Shown here in pieces: positions 1 through 7,707 of a DNA stretch of 40,208 nt (positions are counted from its first letter, which is position 1; the number at the start of each line of letters is the position of its first letter). The notes below the pieces were generated by a model, which saw nothing but the letters and a program-made list of their open reading frames with translations, did no database searches and was not told the DNA's origin. The translations under genes were made by a program, and so were the position numbers. Source of the stretch: a phage; sequence record QB023162.1; one strand, written 5' to 3'.

Positions 1-669
1 TTCTCCCGCTGGTTCGATGCCGCGTTTCAGAAAGCACCGGATGCGGGAACAGGAGTTATTAACCTGTTGGGGGACTTCGCACACTTCGATAGTCTGGATG
101 CGGTTACACCTGAGTCGCGCCATGTGTTGGACGCGGATACGCGCTACCAAAAACTTGTCCGCTACATGATTCGTATGGTCCGCCGTGTTGTTGATATGGC
201 GCTGGTTAAGCATAAGACAGTTAAACTTTTAATCGTTCAAGGAAATCACGACCCTGTAGGCTCTGTATGGCTCGCCGAAATGTTCTGTACATTGTACGAT
301 AACGAACCTCGCGTATTTGTGGACACCTCCCCCGACGTATACAAGATGGTCCAGCACGGGAAAACTACGCTATTCATGCATCATGGACACCGTGCGAGAT
401 TCGACGCCATAGAGTCAGTAATGATTTCTAAATTCCGTAAGGCTTTTGGAGAAAGCACATACAGCTACGCTCATGTAGGGCATCTACATCATCAGAAATT
501 AGTAGAAAGCCGCAATATGGTAGTCGAACAACACCGAACCCTGGCCGCGAAAGATGCTTACGCATCGCGAGGGGGCTGGATGTCAGGCCGTAGCGCAAAT
601 GTAATTACCTATAGCGCCGAATATGGTGAGGTAGCACGTTTAACTATTTCACCGGAGATGCTGGGATGA
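1..669 (+). CDS. calcineurin-like metallophosphoesterase domain protein, 5'-truncated by window edge (SbcD/Mre11- or phosphatase-like)
   Basis: Frame 1 is open from base 1 to the stop at 667..669. Translation carries GDFAHFD, GNHD, HHGH and GHLH motifs in canonical order. Table ORF 67..669 is only its TTG-initiated tail. Confidence 0.6.
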   Translation, partial: FSRWFDAAFQKAPDAGTGVINLLGDFAHFDSLDAVTPESRHVLDADTRYQKLVRYMIRMVRRVVDMALVKHKTVKLLIVQGNHDPVGSVWLAEMFCTLYDNEPRVFVDTSPDVYKMVQHGKTTLFMHHGHRARFDAIESVMISKFRKAFGESTYSYAHVGHLHHQKLVESRNMVVEQHRTLAAKDAYASRGGWMSGRSANVITYSAEYGEVARLTISPEMLG

Positions 670-896
670 CTTCAAAATACAACCGCGCAATGACAAACAC
701 TCACGGCAGCACTATGACTGTAGACGTTTATGATGTGCTACGTGCCTTCGACATCCGTGACCCGGCATTACAGCACGCATTGAAGAAGCTATTATGTATG
801 GGCTTGCGAGGGCACAAAGACACCGGAACAGACTTAGCGGAAGCAATTGAAAGTCTGGAGAAGTTACGAGAGTACCGAAGCAATATTGACGAGTAA
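666..896 (+). CDS. hypothetical protein (76 aa)
   Basis: ORF table. ATGA start/stop overlap with the upstream phosphoesterase ORF. Stop TAA 894..896 is followed directly by a terminator. Confidence 0.45.
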   Translation: MTSKYNRAMTNTHGSTMTVDVYDVLRAFDIRDPALQHALKKLLCMGLRGHKDTGTDLAEAIESLEKLREYRSNIDE

Positions 897-900
897 GAAA

Positions 901-929
901 AAAAGGCCCCTAACGGGGCCTTAGTTTTA
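901..929. terminator. bidirectional rho-independent terminator between convergent genes
   Basis: Stem GGCCCC (905..910), loop TAAC, stem GGGGCC (915..920), then TTAGTTTTA; an A-run on the 5' side gives a U-tract for the minus strand. Confidence 0.6.
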
Positions 930-2093
930 TGCGTAGGTGATACGCTGGATAACGATAGACGACTGGTACCGGTTGCCTGTGGACTGCCCTTCTATACTCT
1001 GGGTAATTGATTCCGGGCCAGATATTTCTGGTGTAACCGCCGTGAGTTCTGCGCGTTTCAGACTGAAAGACATAGCCCCGTTTACCCCCGCCAGAATAGA
1101 GTTAATCTCTACCTGCTGCTCGTTGATAAACTTCTGAATCATAGCCATGTCGTACAGCTTTCCAGAGATGGAGAAGGTGTTAGCCGCGCGGCTACGCTCC
1201 ACAAACGCCACATTAGTATTGCCGAGTTCGAACTGCGCGGACGCGCTGTTGTCGTTGGTGATGGTAAGGCTATCACAACGCAACGGCGTAGAGCCATCGA
1301 ACACGGAAACGTCAACCGAAGAGAACGGCTCATCACCAAAAGTAACAGATGAGAAGTTGGAACCGGTCGGCGGCGTAGTGAGAATCTCCTGACTGCGACC
1401 GATGAATGGGAAGCTGCCAGTTACCATCGCGTTAACAGCCTGTTCGATGGTAAAACCAGAAACTTCCACGCCTTTGGTTAACGTGTACGCGTCAGTACCG
1501 CCGCACTGGCCTTTGTACCAGGTAAGGATAGAGAACGTCTTACACGTGTTACCGGTTTCCAGCGTGTCGCCGGTTTTAGCCTTACTAGTTTTTGTCTCGG
1601 TGGTCAGGGTGTGTTGGATGCCTGCACCAGTAACAACCGTAGCCGTTACTGCAGTAACAATAAATGGTTTTGCGTTATCGCCTGTTAAATCGGTAAATGC
1701 AATCAGGTCGCCTACCCCAACTCCGTCAGTGATAAAACTGCCGGTAGCGCGTGTGAACGTCTTGCCCGCGGGTGCGACGGTAATCGACAGACTGGACAGG
1801 GAAACACCGGATTGCCACGTAGCGCCTAAAGCTCCGGCCAACCAGTCGTCCTGGCTTTTCGAGCTAAGCTCGATGGCGTATTCTCCGCTAACCTGTTTGT
1901 TACCTGTGCGGATGGATGTAGTTTCACGACTACCGTCCAGTTCATTGGAGGTAAGCGTGTCGCGAGTAATAGCCGGAACGCCACCTGTGTTACGCAACGG
2001 TGACCAGACCGGGTTAGTCGGTGTTACGCCCGGGGTGACTTCCGCCACATAGAATTGCGCGGTAGTCGCGCCCTTAAAAGGAGTTGTAGCCAT
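927..2093 (-). CDS. putative major tail protein (388 aa from ATG 2093; table start is GTG 2099)
   Basis: Last large gene of the connector/tail-completion series. Thr/Ser/Gly/Val-rich. SD AGAGG lies 9 nt upstream of ATG 2093. Confidence 0.45.
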   Translation of the reverse strand: MATTPFKGATTAQFYVAEVTPGVTPTNPVWSPLRNTGGVPAITRDTLTSNELDGSRETTSIRTGNKQVSGEYAIELSSKSQDDWLAGALGATWQSGVSLSSLSITVAPAGKTFTRATGSFITDGVGVGDLIAFTDLTGDNAKPFIVTAVTATVVTGAGIQHTLTTETKTSKAKTGDTLETGNTCKTFSILTWYKGQCGGTDAYTLTKGVEVSGFTIEQAVNAMVTGSFPFIGRSQEILTTPPTGSNFSSVTFGDEPFSSVDVSVFDGSTPLRCDSLTITNDNSASAQFELGNTNVAFVERSRAANTFSISGKLYDMAMIQKFINEQQVEINSILAGVNGAMSFSLKRAELTAVTPEISGPESITQSIEGQSTGNRYQSSIVIQRITYA

Positions 2094-2095
2094 AT

Positions 2096-2512
2096 TCACA
2101 GCCTCTTGGTGAATGCAATAAAGTTAATTGACAATGGTCTTTTGGCCCATCCGTTTTCTACAATCAGCGGCCCCAGGCTAACCGATTGAACCTCGGCGCA
2201 GATGTCGTTACGTGAAAATGACTTGCCTGCTTTAAATGCCGTGTTAAGTAAGTCTGCCATTTTATTGATTGGTGCGCTACCTCTCACCGATGCGTAGTTA
2301 ATGTCGACCTGATAAACACCGGCGCGTTGTTCCGTGAAGAACAAATCAGCCTGTTCCGTATCCGCCAGCAACATGTAACTCGCCAGATACGGCGTATCGG
2401 TCGAAGTCGGAGCGTCAATGTTTTCAAGCGCAACCTTGATGCCGTTGGCGGTTCCGAAGGCTACCAGCGGCACGTCAAACGCTTTTGTTAAGTCCTCAAA
2501 GTAGCCCATCAT
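2096..2512 (-). CDS. putative tail terminator / tail-tube joining protein (138 aa)
   Basis: Synteny only: between the gp10-like gene and the putative major tail gene; start/stop overlaps with neighbours. Confidence 0.3.
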   Translation of the reverse strand: MMGYFEDLTKAFDVPLVAFGTANGIKVALENIDAPTSTDTPYLASYMLLADTEQADLFFTEQRAGVYQVDINYASVRGSAPINKMADLLNTAFKAGKSFSRNDICAEVQSVSLGPLIVENGWAKRPLSINFIAFTKRL

Positions 2513-2904
2513 TTCACCTTGTTGGCTTCTTCGTTAATGAGTTGCTGGAAGCGAGACACATTAGTCCTTACCATACCTTGCGGGGCCTGTTGTGACCAGC
2601 CATACTCCAGCCGCTGTATATACGGCAGATTATTTGTCAGTGTGAACTCGTGCCAGTCTGTAGCTGTGTTTATGGCCGCAGTAACACGCTGGATAGTAGC
2701 CGTTCCTTGCGGTGCGCCGTAGGTGGTAGTTTCCTGTGACGGAGTACTGCCAGACGCAAACCAGTTATTTCTCGCACGACCGGTATCGACTGGCGTTGCC
2801 TTTATAATAGCGGAAAACAGCTTGATAGACACCTGACGCATAACCTTCTCAGGATTCTTCTTCGCCTTTTCCACGAACTTAGAGACGTCCAGCGCGAAAC
2901 TCAT
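2509..2904 (-). CDS. HK97 gp10-like tail completion protein (putative)
   Basis: DTGRARNNW motif resembles the DTGxLRNS signature of gp10-family proteins; size 131 aa; overlapping stops/starts on both sides. Confidence 0.45.
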   Translation of the reverse strand: MSFALDVSKFVEKAKKNPEKVMRQVSIKLFSAIIKATPVDTGRARNNWFASGSTPSQETTTYGAPQGTATIQRVTAAINTATDWHEFTLTNNLPYIQRLEYGWSQQAPQGMVRTNVSRFQQLINEEANKVK

Positions 2905-3260
2905 TTTCTCACCTGGATAAAGTATGCCACGACATCATCGTTAACCATCTTCTTCTCGATAGCTACGACGGGCCATTGCTCGCCGCCGAATTGCACCTTG
3001 TCTTCCATCTTAGGAACGACACTGCAATCGGCTTTAACAATCATGTCGCCCGCCTGAATCGTCGTACCGTTTACCAGTCCAACGTTTACCGGAACCGGAA
3101 CGGCCTTCAACGGCAGCACTTCATCGTCGGACCAGACGTACTCACCGAGAACTTCATCCCACGCTTTAGGGCCAGCACGAACAAGAGATACTGTGCTACC
3201 GAATTTGGTTAACAGGCGTGTACCAACGCCTTGCATACGTTTACTAAAGGCGGTGCTCAT
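2901..3260 (-). CDS. putative head closure / head-tail joining protein (119 aa)
   Basis: Synteny and size. SD AGAGAGGG upstream of ATG 3260. Confidence 0.3.
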   Translation of the reverse strand: MSTAFSKRMQGVGTRLLTKFGSTVSLVRAGPKAWDEVLGEYVWSDDEVLPLKAVPVPVNVGLVNGTTIQAGDMIVKADCSVVPKMEDKVQFGGEQWPVVAIEKKMVNDDVVAYFIQVRK

Positions 3261-3370
3261 TCTAGCCCTCTCTTAGTCGAAAGAATGTTGGCTAATTCCT
3301 TACTTGCATCAGACAACCGCTTCTTATGACCGTAACTACGTTTTATTACGCGGCGTTTTTTAACCTCCAT
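3257..3370 (-). CDS. unlisted 37-aa highly basic ORF (MEVKKRRVIKRSYGHKKRLSDASKELANILSTKRGLE)
   Basis: ATG at 3370 overlaps the TAA of the upstream gene (TAATG) and its TGA overlaps ATG 3260 (ATGA); it fills an otherwise empty 109-bp gap. Confidence 0.25.
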   Translation of the reverse strand: MEVKKRRVIKRSYGHKKRLSDASKELANILSTKRGLE

Positions 3371-3984
3371 TACGCGGCCTCCAGTCTCGATATAACCAGT
3401 AATGCTGACGGTGCAGTGCCCCATGCAGTTACGGTAGCCACTTGCGGGTATACGCCGCCGAAGTTGCTTCCGGCGCTATCCCGCATAATCTGAACGGCAA
3501 ATGTCTGGCCCGCGGTGGGGTTAATAACGACGCGAGATTCAATCGGGACTGTGGTGTCCGCGCTTACCAGTTTCGTGGCCGCGGGTGAGCCGTACTGAGC
3601 GCCGTTAAGAAGAATGCGTGATAAAAGGATTGATGTCCCACTAGCACCCGTACGCCCCGCCTGTAACTTGATGCGAACGGCGTAGTTACCCGCGGCGTTG
3701 AATGTAACCAGCCCTGCAGCATTAATCATTACCGGGTTAGACGCGCTTCCCTGGGCAGCACCGAAAGTTATTTGCAATGCTGTGCCCACTGCGGATGGTG
3801 CTTGTGCTACTGTCGACGCGGCACGGAGAACTTCAACCTCTTTAACCCCCGGAGTGGCATAGATAGGCGAGTCAGCCATCTGTGTCATTACCTCGCGCAA
3901 TGCGGCTGGGGTAATAAGTCCGGTGGTATTATCAGGGAGATTTGCGCCGATAAGAGTAAACATCTCTGATTTAGTCTTAGCCAT
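3370..3984 (-). CDS. virion structural protein, function unresolved (204 aa)
   Basis: ORF table; sits in the connector gene series; Ala/Gly/Thr-rich. Confidence 0.35.
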   Translation of the reverse strand: MAKTKSEMFTLIGANLPDNTTGLITPAALREVMTQMADSPIYATPGVKEVEVLRAASTVAQAPSAVGTALQITFGAAQGSASNPVMINAAGLVTFNAAGNYAVRIKLQAGRTGASGTSILLSRILLNGAQYGSPAATKLVSADTTVPIESRVVINPTAGQTFAVQIMRDSAGSNFGGVYPQVATVTAWGTAPSALLVISRLEAA

Positions 3985-3986
3985 TT

Positions 3987-4499
3987 TTAACCCCGGTACA
4001 CATTAAATGAGAAGCCGTTGTTAAGACCGCCGCACAGTAACGGACGTAAGGCGTCGTCAGCAGCGGTAATAGTGGTCGTGGCACCACTGCTGCCGTTGTT
4101 GAAGTATGTTACGGTTACTGCACCTTCTACGCGCTCGGTCTGCACGGAACGCCCATCAGAGTTGGCCCGCACTTCCGTACCTGCGCCATAGGTAACGGCG
4201 GCGATTACCTGCGCAAGAATCACCTGTTTCGGGATGGCATTGTTCGATACAGGGAACCCGTTTAACGTTACACCAGTGCGAGGGTACGCCAGAGACTGTT
4301 CAGCGGATACACGGTGACCGCACATCTGAGGTTCTGCAAGCCCAACATAAGTAGCACCGTTGCGCAGGGCCACCTCTGCGGTGGTATCGTCCGCAGGCAA
4401 CTCCAGACCATAATTAGCCGCTAACGCGCGGGCGTCAGCCAGACTGACGTAACTGTCGGCATTTGGGACTATTGCCCCCGTTTCCACGATTAGCGGCAT
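3987..4499 (-). CDS. putative head-tail connector/adaptor protein (170 aa)
   Basis: Position just downstream of the capsid gene; N-terminus YVSLADARALA resembles gp6-like connector N-termini; SD GAGGA before ATG 4499. Confidence 0.35.
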   Translation of the reverse strand: MPLIVETGAIVPNADSYVSLADARALAANYGLELPADDTTAEVALRNGATYVGLAEPQMCGHRVSAEQSLAYPRTGVTLNGFPVSNNAIPKQVILAQVIAAVTYGAGTEVRANSDGRSVQTERVEGAVTVTYFNNGSSGATTTITAADDALRPLLCGGLNNGFSFNVYRG

Positions 4500-4502
4500 A
4501 AA

Positions 4503-4670
4503 TTATTCCTCTGATTTCGCCCGGCGCTGGCGGCGCGGCGTCTCTTCTTTAGTCGATTCTACCACGGTGCCTTCTGGTGCGAAACGGGCATCTACCACAC
4601 GGAACCCCTGACGGTTATACTCGCGCTTCTGCTCGATGGTAATCGGCATTGGTACGTATTTAATTTCCAC
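4503..4670 (-). CDS. unlisted small ORF (55 aa from GTG 4670, or 48 aa from ATG 4649)
   Basis: SD AGGAGA 7 nt upstream of GTG 4670; stop TAA 4503..4505 sits 4 nt before ATG 4499 of the next gene. Confidence 0.25.
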   Translation of the reverse strand: MEIKYVPMPITIEQKREYNRQGFRVVDARFAPEGTVVESTKEETPRRQRRAKSEE

Positions 4671-4688
4671 TTTAATTTCTCCTAGTAA

Positions 4689-4715
4689 AAAGGGGCCGTA
4701 GCCCCTTTGTTTTTA
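4689..4715. terminator. stem-loop terminator downstream of the major capsid gene
   Basis: AGGGGC-cgta-GCCCCT stem-loop (4691..4706) with T-tract on plus (TTGTTTTT) and U-tract on minus; typical partial terminator after a capsid gene. Confidence 0.5.
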
Positions 4716-4726
4716 CTCCAACCGTA

Positions 4727-5695
4727 TTACTTGTCCGCGTCGGCGATTGCCAGAGTACCGAGGGTGTGTTTGTTCTCAGCAACAGCTTTGTCCCAGTTTG
4801 TCGCGGTGAACAGTTCTGCGTCCAGTGGAGATTTACCGCCGTTGGCAACATCCCAGCTATAGCCTTTCAGTTTCAGGCCGAAGCTGTAATCCGCCTGCCA
4901 GGTGGTCTGGATGCGGGTGTTACCGTTGCTGGTGTCAATGTTGCTGATAATGTCAGAAGCATTGTCAACGATGATGCCGTTTGCAACTACGGACAGGACC
5001 TTAGTCTTGTTCGGAGTACCGGCCTCGTACAGCGCGGGAATGTCAGAGATTACGTAACGCTTGCCGAGAACATCGACAACCATAACGTTACCAGCAACGA
5101 ACAGCTGGTTTGCGTTAGTCAGCGCTTTATCTACCAGCGTGTGATAAGCAGCACCAGTCATGATGTCGGTAATCAGCAGCTGAGACTGGTCGCCGAATTT
5201 AGCGTGGCTGTTGTTCAGCACGTTCAGGGACAGACCCACGGTTGCGGATACGTCGTTAACCAGCGCGGTCTGACCAGATACCGCCGCAACGGCTGCGCCA
5301 ACAGCGGTGTTGAGCTGGTCCGCTAACAGTGCGTCAGAGAAGCCTTCGGAAATAGCACGAATCGCGCTTGCCGGGTCTTCGTTAAGCCAGGTCATTTGCG
5401 CAGGCTCGAACAGTACCGGTCCGAAGCCGCCGGCGACTTTAACGCCTACATGCTCGCCCTGAGTCAGCGCGGTAGCTGCCTGAGACGCGATAGCGGCGTA
5501 ACGGTCAACGCGGCGTTTAGCGGAGGCAATCTGGTTAAAGAAAGACTCACGGGAGAAGTCACCGCGCCATGAAGCGGTAGACAGTACAATTGCGCCACCG
5601 GAGGCGGCGTTAAACTGGTCAGTTTTCTGGCCAAGCAGTTCGATAGTTGTACCGACGATATCGTCGTTATAAACCTTCATATCTGACAGAGACAT
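4727..5695 (-). CDS. major capsid protein
   Basis: 322 aa, immediately downstream of the scaffold gene; SD GAGGA 9 nt before ATG 5695; followed by a terminator. Confidence 0.7.
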   Translation of the reverse strand: MSLSDMKVYNDDIVGTTIELLGQKTDQFNAASGGAIVLSTASWRGDFSRESFFNQIASAKRRVDRYAAIASQAATALTQGEHVGVKVAGGFGPVLFEPAQMTWLNEDPASAIRAISEGFSDALLADQLNTAVGAAVAAVSGQTALVNDVSATVGLSLNVLNNSHAKFGDQSQLLITDIMTGAAYHTLVDKALTNANQLFVAGNVMVVDVLGKRYVISDIPALYEAGTPNKTKVLSVVANGIIVDNASDIISNIDTSNGNTRIQTTWQADYSFGLKLKGYSWDVANGGKSPLDAELFTATNWDKAVAENKHTLGTLAIADADK

Positions 5696-5701
5696 ATTCT
5701 G

Positions 5702-6328
5702 TTATCCTCGTTTGCCGTATTTGGCGTTAAGTTTTTGCTGGATTACGTCCGTACCACCGGCCCCGCCAGTAGAATTTTTGTTACCGGAAGCCCCGCCGCC
5801 GGTTGCTGCATCTGCTTTAATCAGATGCGAAAATGCTTTGTGCTCACGCAGATACTTTTTAAATTGCTCTGCGTCGGTGGTGATGACATTACCGTCCGCA
5901 CCTGTGAACTTGGTCACAACGTCATCGCCGTCAAATTCGGTCTTTACCATCATAGCGATGATATCTGCTGCGCTCTCATCAATCAACATGCCAGACAACT
6001 GGCTGATAACTGATTTACGTTCTGCGCCGAGGATACGCTCAGCCATTTTGCTAATCTTACCGTCTTTCTCGGCGAGTACTGGCTCATACTGACTGCGCAA
6101 CGTTTTCTCGAATGCCTCAAGTTCGCCGTTCTGTTTTGCGCGTTCCTGTTCGGCTTTCAGCTTCGCATCTGCGGCTTCTTTCGCAGCAGCGGCGGCAGCT
6201 TTCTTTTCAGACAAGAGTTTCTCGTTGTTAGCTTTAAGACCGGATACCAGCTCGTCAACTTCTTCTTTGGTAAACGTGGTCTTAGTCTCTTGTTGTTCGA
6301 TAGTTTCGTCTTTCACTTCTTCGCTCAT
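5702..6328 (-). CDS. scaffolding protein (208 aa from ATG 6328; table start is TTG 6379)
   Basis: Ala/Lys/Glu-rich coiled-coil composition; position between spanins and capsid gene; SD AGGGGA 6 nt before ATG 6328. Confidence 0.55.
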   Translation of the reverse strand: MSEEVKDETIEQQETKTTFTKEEVDELVSGLKANNEKLLSEKKAAAAAAKEAADAKLKAEQERAKQNGELEAFEKTLRSQYEPVLAEKDGKISKMAERILGAERKSVISQLSGMLIDESAADIIAMMVKTEFDGDDVVTKFTGADGNVITTDAEQFKKYLREHKAFSHLIKADAATGGGASGNKNSTGGAGGTDVIQQKLNAKYGKRG

Positions 6329-6407
6329 CAGTATGTCCCCTGGACGTTGGAATCCGGGCCACCCGGATTTACATGTCAAGAATAAATTATTCCAACATGC
6401 AAGGCAA

Positions 6408-6671
6408 CTATTCCAGAATATTCCTCACGTAATCCTGCAACATGAACACTTTCAGACGCAGTTTCCGTACACATTCAGCGTTCTGAACGTCGATAGCTAA
6501 ATCCTCGTCCGCGTCGCTACTTGGCGCGGCCAGTTTGCACGGTGGCTGCATCATCATCGTATCCGGGGATGGAATTGGCGTTTGCGACGGCGCGGGACTT
6601 AAGCTGCACGCGCTCAGGGTCAAAAGTGCACACGCTGCGACCAGGCGTTTTAATGTACTTAACGACTTCAC
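6408..6671 (-). CDS. Rz1: o-spanin (Rz1-like outer-membrane lipoprotein), GTG start
   Basis: Signal peptide with lipobox LTLSAC, then a Pro-rich segment (SPAPSQTPIPSP). Starts inside Rz in another frame and extends past its stop. SD CAGAGG before GTG 6671. Confidence 0.7.
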   Translation of the reverse strand: MKSLSTLKRLVAACALLTLSACSLSPAPSQTPIPSPDTMMMQPPCKLAAPSSDADEDLAIDVQNAECVRKLRLKVFMLQDYVRNILE

Positions 6672-6903
6672 GTGTAATTACCTCTGATTTCGTCTTGCCT
6701 TCGTTATCAGCGGCTGCGGCCTTCGACTCATCCTGCTGCTGCCGTTGTGTTTTCTTCGCTAACTCAGCCTGTGCTTTCTGCTGTTGCTGTGAAACGAGAT
6801 TACCCCGACCTTCGTTCCAGCCGCTGCGATACTGGTAGATGCCGTGTGCGTAGGCCAGGACTATGAAACATGCCCCCGCTACGACAGTTGCTTTAAGATT
6901 CAT
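6517..6903 (-). CDS. Rz: i-spanin (Rz-like)
   Basis: N-terminal transmembrane segment followed by a charged, Gln-rich coiled-coil periplasmic domain; SD GAAAGGGG before ATG 6903; overlaps Rz1. Confidence 0.7.
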   Translation of the reverse strand: MNLKATVVAGACFIVLAYAHGIYQYRSGWNEGRGNLVSQQQQKAQAELAKKTQRQQQDESKAAAADNEGKTKSEVITREVVKYIKTPGRSVCTFDPERVQLKSRAVANANSIPGYDDDAATVQTGRAK

Positions 6904-6927
6904 GTTTCCCCTTTCTCGATAAGTAAA

Positions 6928-6947
6928 GCCCCGCCTTAAAGCGGGGC
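6928..6947 (-). promoter_or_regulatory. GC stem-loop about 25 nt upstream of the Rz start
   Basis: GCCCCGC-cttaaa-GCGGGGC inverted repeat; on the minus strand it is followed by TTTACTT, so it is at most a weak terminator and possibly a 5' mRNA hairpin. Confidence 0.3.
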
Positions 6948-7223
6948 GCTAGTCCTTATCATTTAAACATAGAAACGGCGTAATCTCAGTAAACCCGTTA
7001 CTTTTTACACAAGCAATAGAGTACAGCCCTTCCGAACGCGTCAGCGTAACTACACTCGGACTTAACGTCCGGCTCCGTTACCTGCCCGCGCCGCGGTCGC
7101 TTGTTCATACTTCACAAGCTCAGGTGGAGCTTATCATATTTTTAGTGAAAAGTCAACTATTCGAATAGTGTATTCCAACATTTACAATTGAGTGGAATAA
7201 CTGGAATAATCACAGGCACTAAA

Positions 7224-7241
7224 AAGCCCCTTTCGGGGCTT
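7224..7241 (-). terminator. rho-independent terminator after the 153-aa gene
   Basis: AAGCCCC-tttc-GGGGCTT stem-loop directly after stop 7246..7248; U-tract TTTAGTG on the minus strand. Confidence 0.55.
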
Positions 7242-7245
7242 CAGT

Positions 7246-7707
7246 TTATTCTGGCTTAGTTACCTTCGCCGCTTTACTGACAGCCTCTACACCCTCGGCA
7301 TCGGTGACTTTAACGAAGTATCCACCTACCGCATTAACCGTCAGAGACAAAGCCTCTTCCGGGGCGTTTACCACTTCCTTACCGTCTTTGTACCAGGTCA
7401 GAGCATACGGCGCTTTGCCCGCCTTAACTTCGACAGCGATAGTTGCGCTGCCGTCTACCAGTTCAGCGTCCTGCGGTTGCACCGAGAAATACACATCGCC
7501 AGCATCAGCCAGATACGGAATTTCATAAAGCATGCCCGCCGCGGGTAACGCAATACCGGTTTTATCTGCAAACGGCATATCGTCTACGGGTGTACCGAGT
7601 ACACTTTCATCATCAATAAACACCACGTTCTCACCAGAGCCAGACACGCGGGCGTACTTGACTACGCGACGTGAAGGTACATCAGTTACTTTGAAAAAGC
7701 CCATCAT
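7246..7707 (-). CDS. hypothetical head-module protein (153 aa)
   Basis: ORF table; start overlaps the stop of the head morphogenesis gene; SD AGGGGA before the ATG pair at 7707/7704. Confidence 0.4.
   Translation of the reverse strand: MMGFFKVTDVPSRRVVKYARVSGSGENVVFIDDESVLGTPVDDMPFADKTGIALPAAGMLYEIPYLADAGDVYFSVQPQDAELVDGSATIAVEVKAGKAPYALTWYKDGKEVVNAPEEALSLTVNAVGGYFVKVTDAEGVEAVSKAAKVTKPE

Noticed and set aside
1402-2052. Plus-strand 216-aa ORF, and similar long opposite-strand ORFs (4766..5326, 5712..6092, 7884..8295, 9095..9616, 11272..11793)
   Set aside because: They lie antisense inside well-supported structural genes, have no SD or promoter, and have skewed Arg/Ser/Pro-rich composition; treated as shadow ORFs.
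6948-7223. Possible tRNA gene in the GC-rich non-coding stretch upstream of Rz
   Set aside because: No cloverleaf with a T-loop consensus (GTTCRANNC flanked by 5-bp stems) could be built by eye on either strand; a dedicated tRNA scan would be needed to exclude it.
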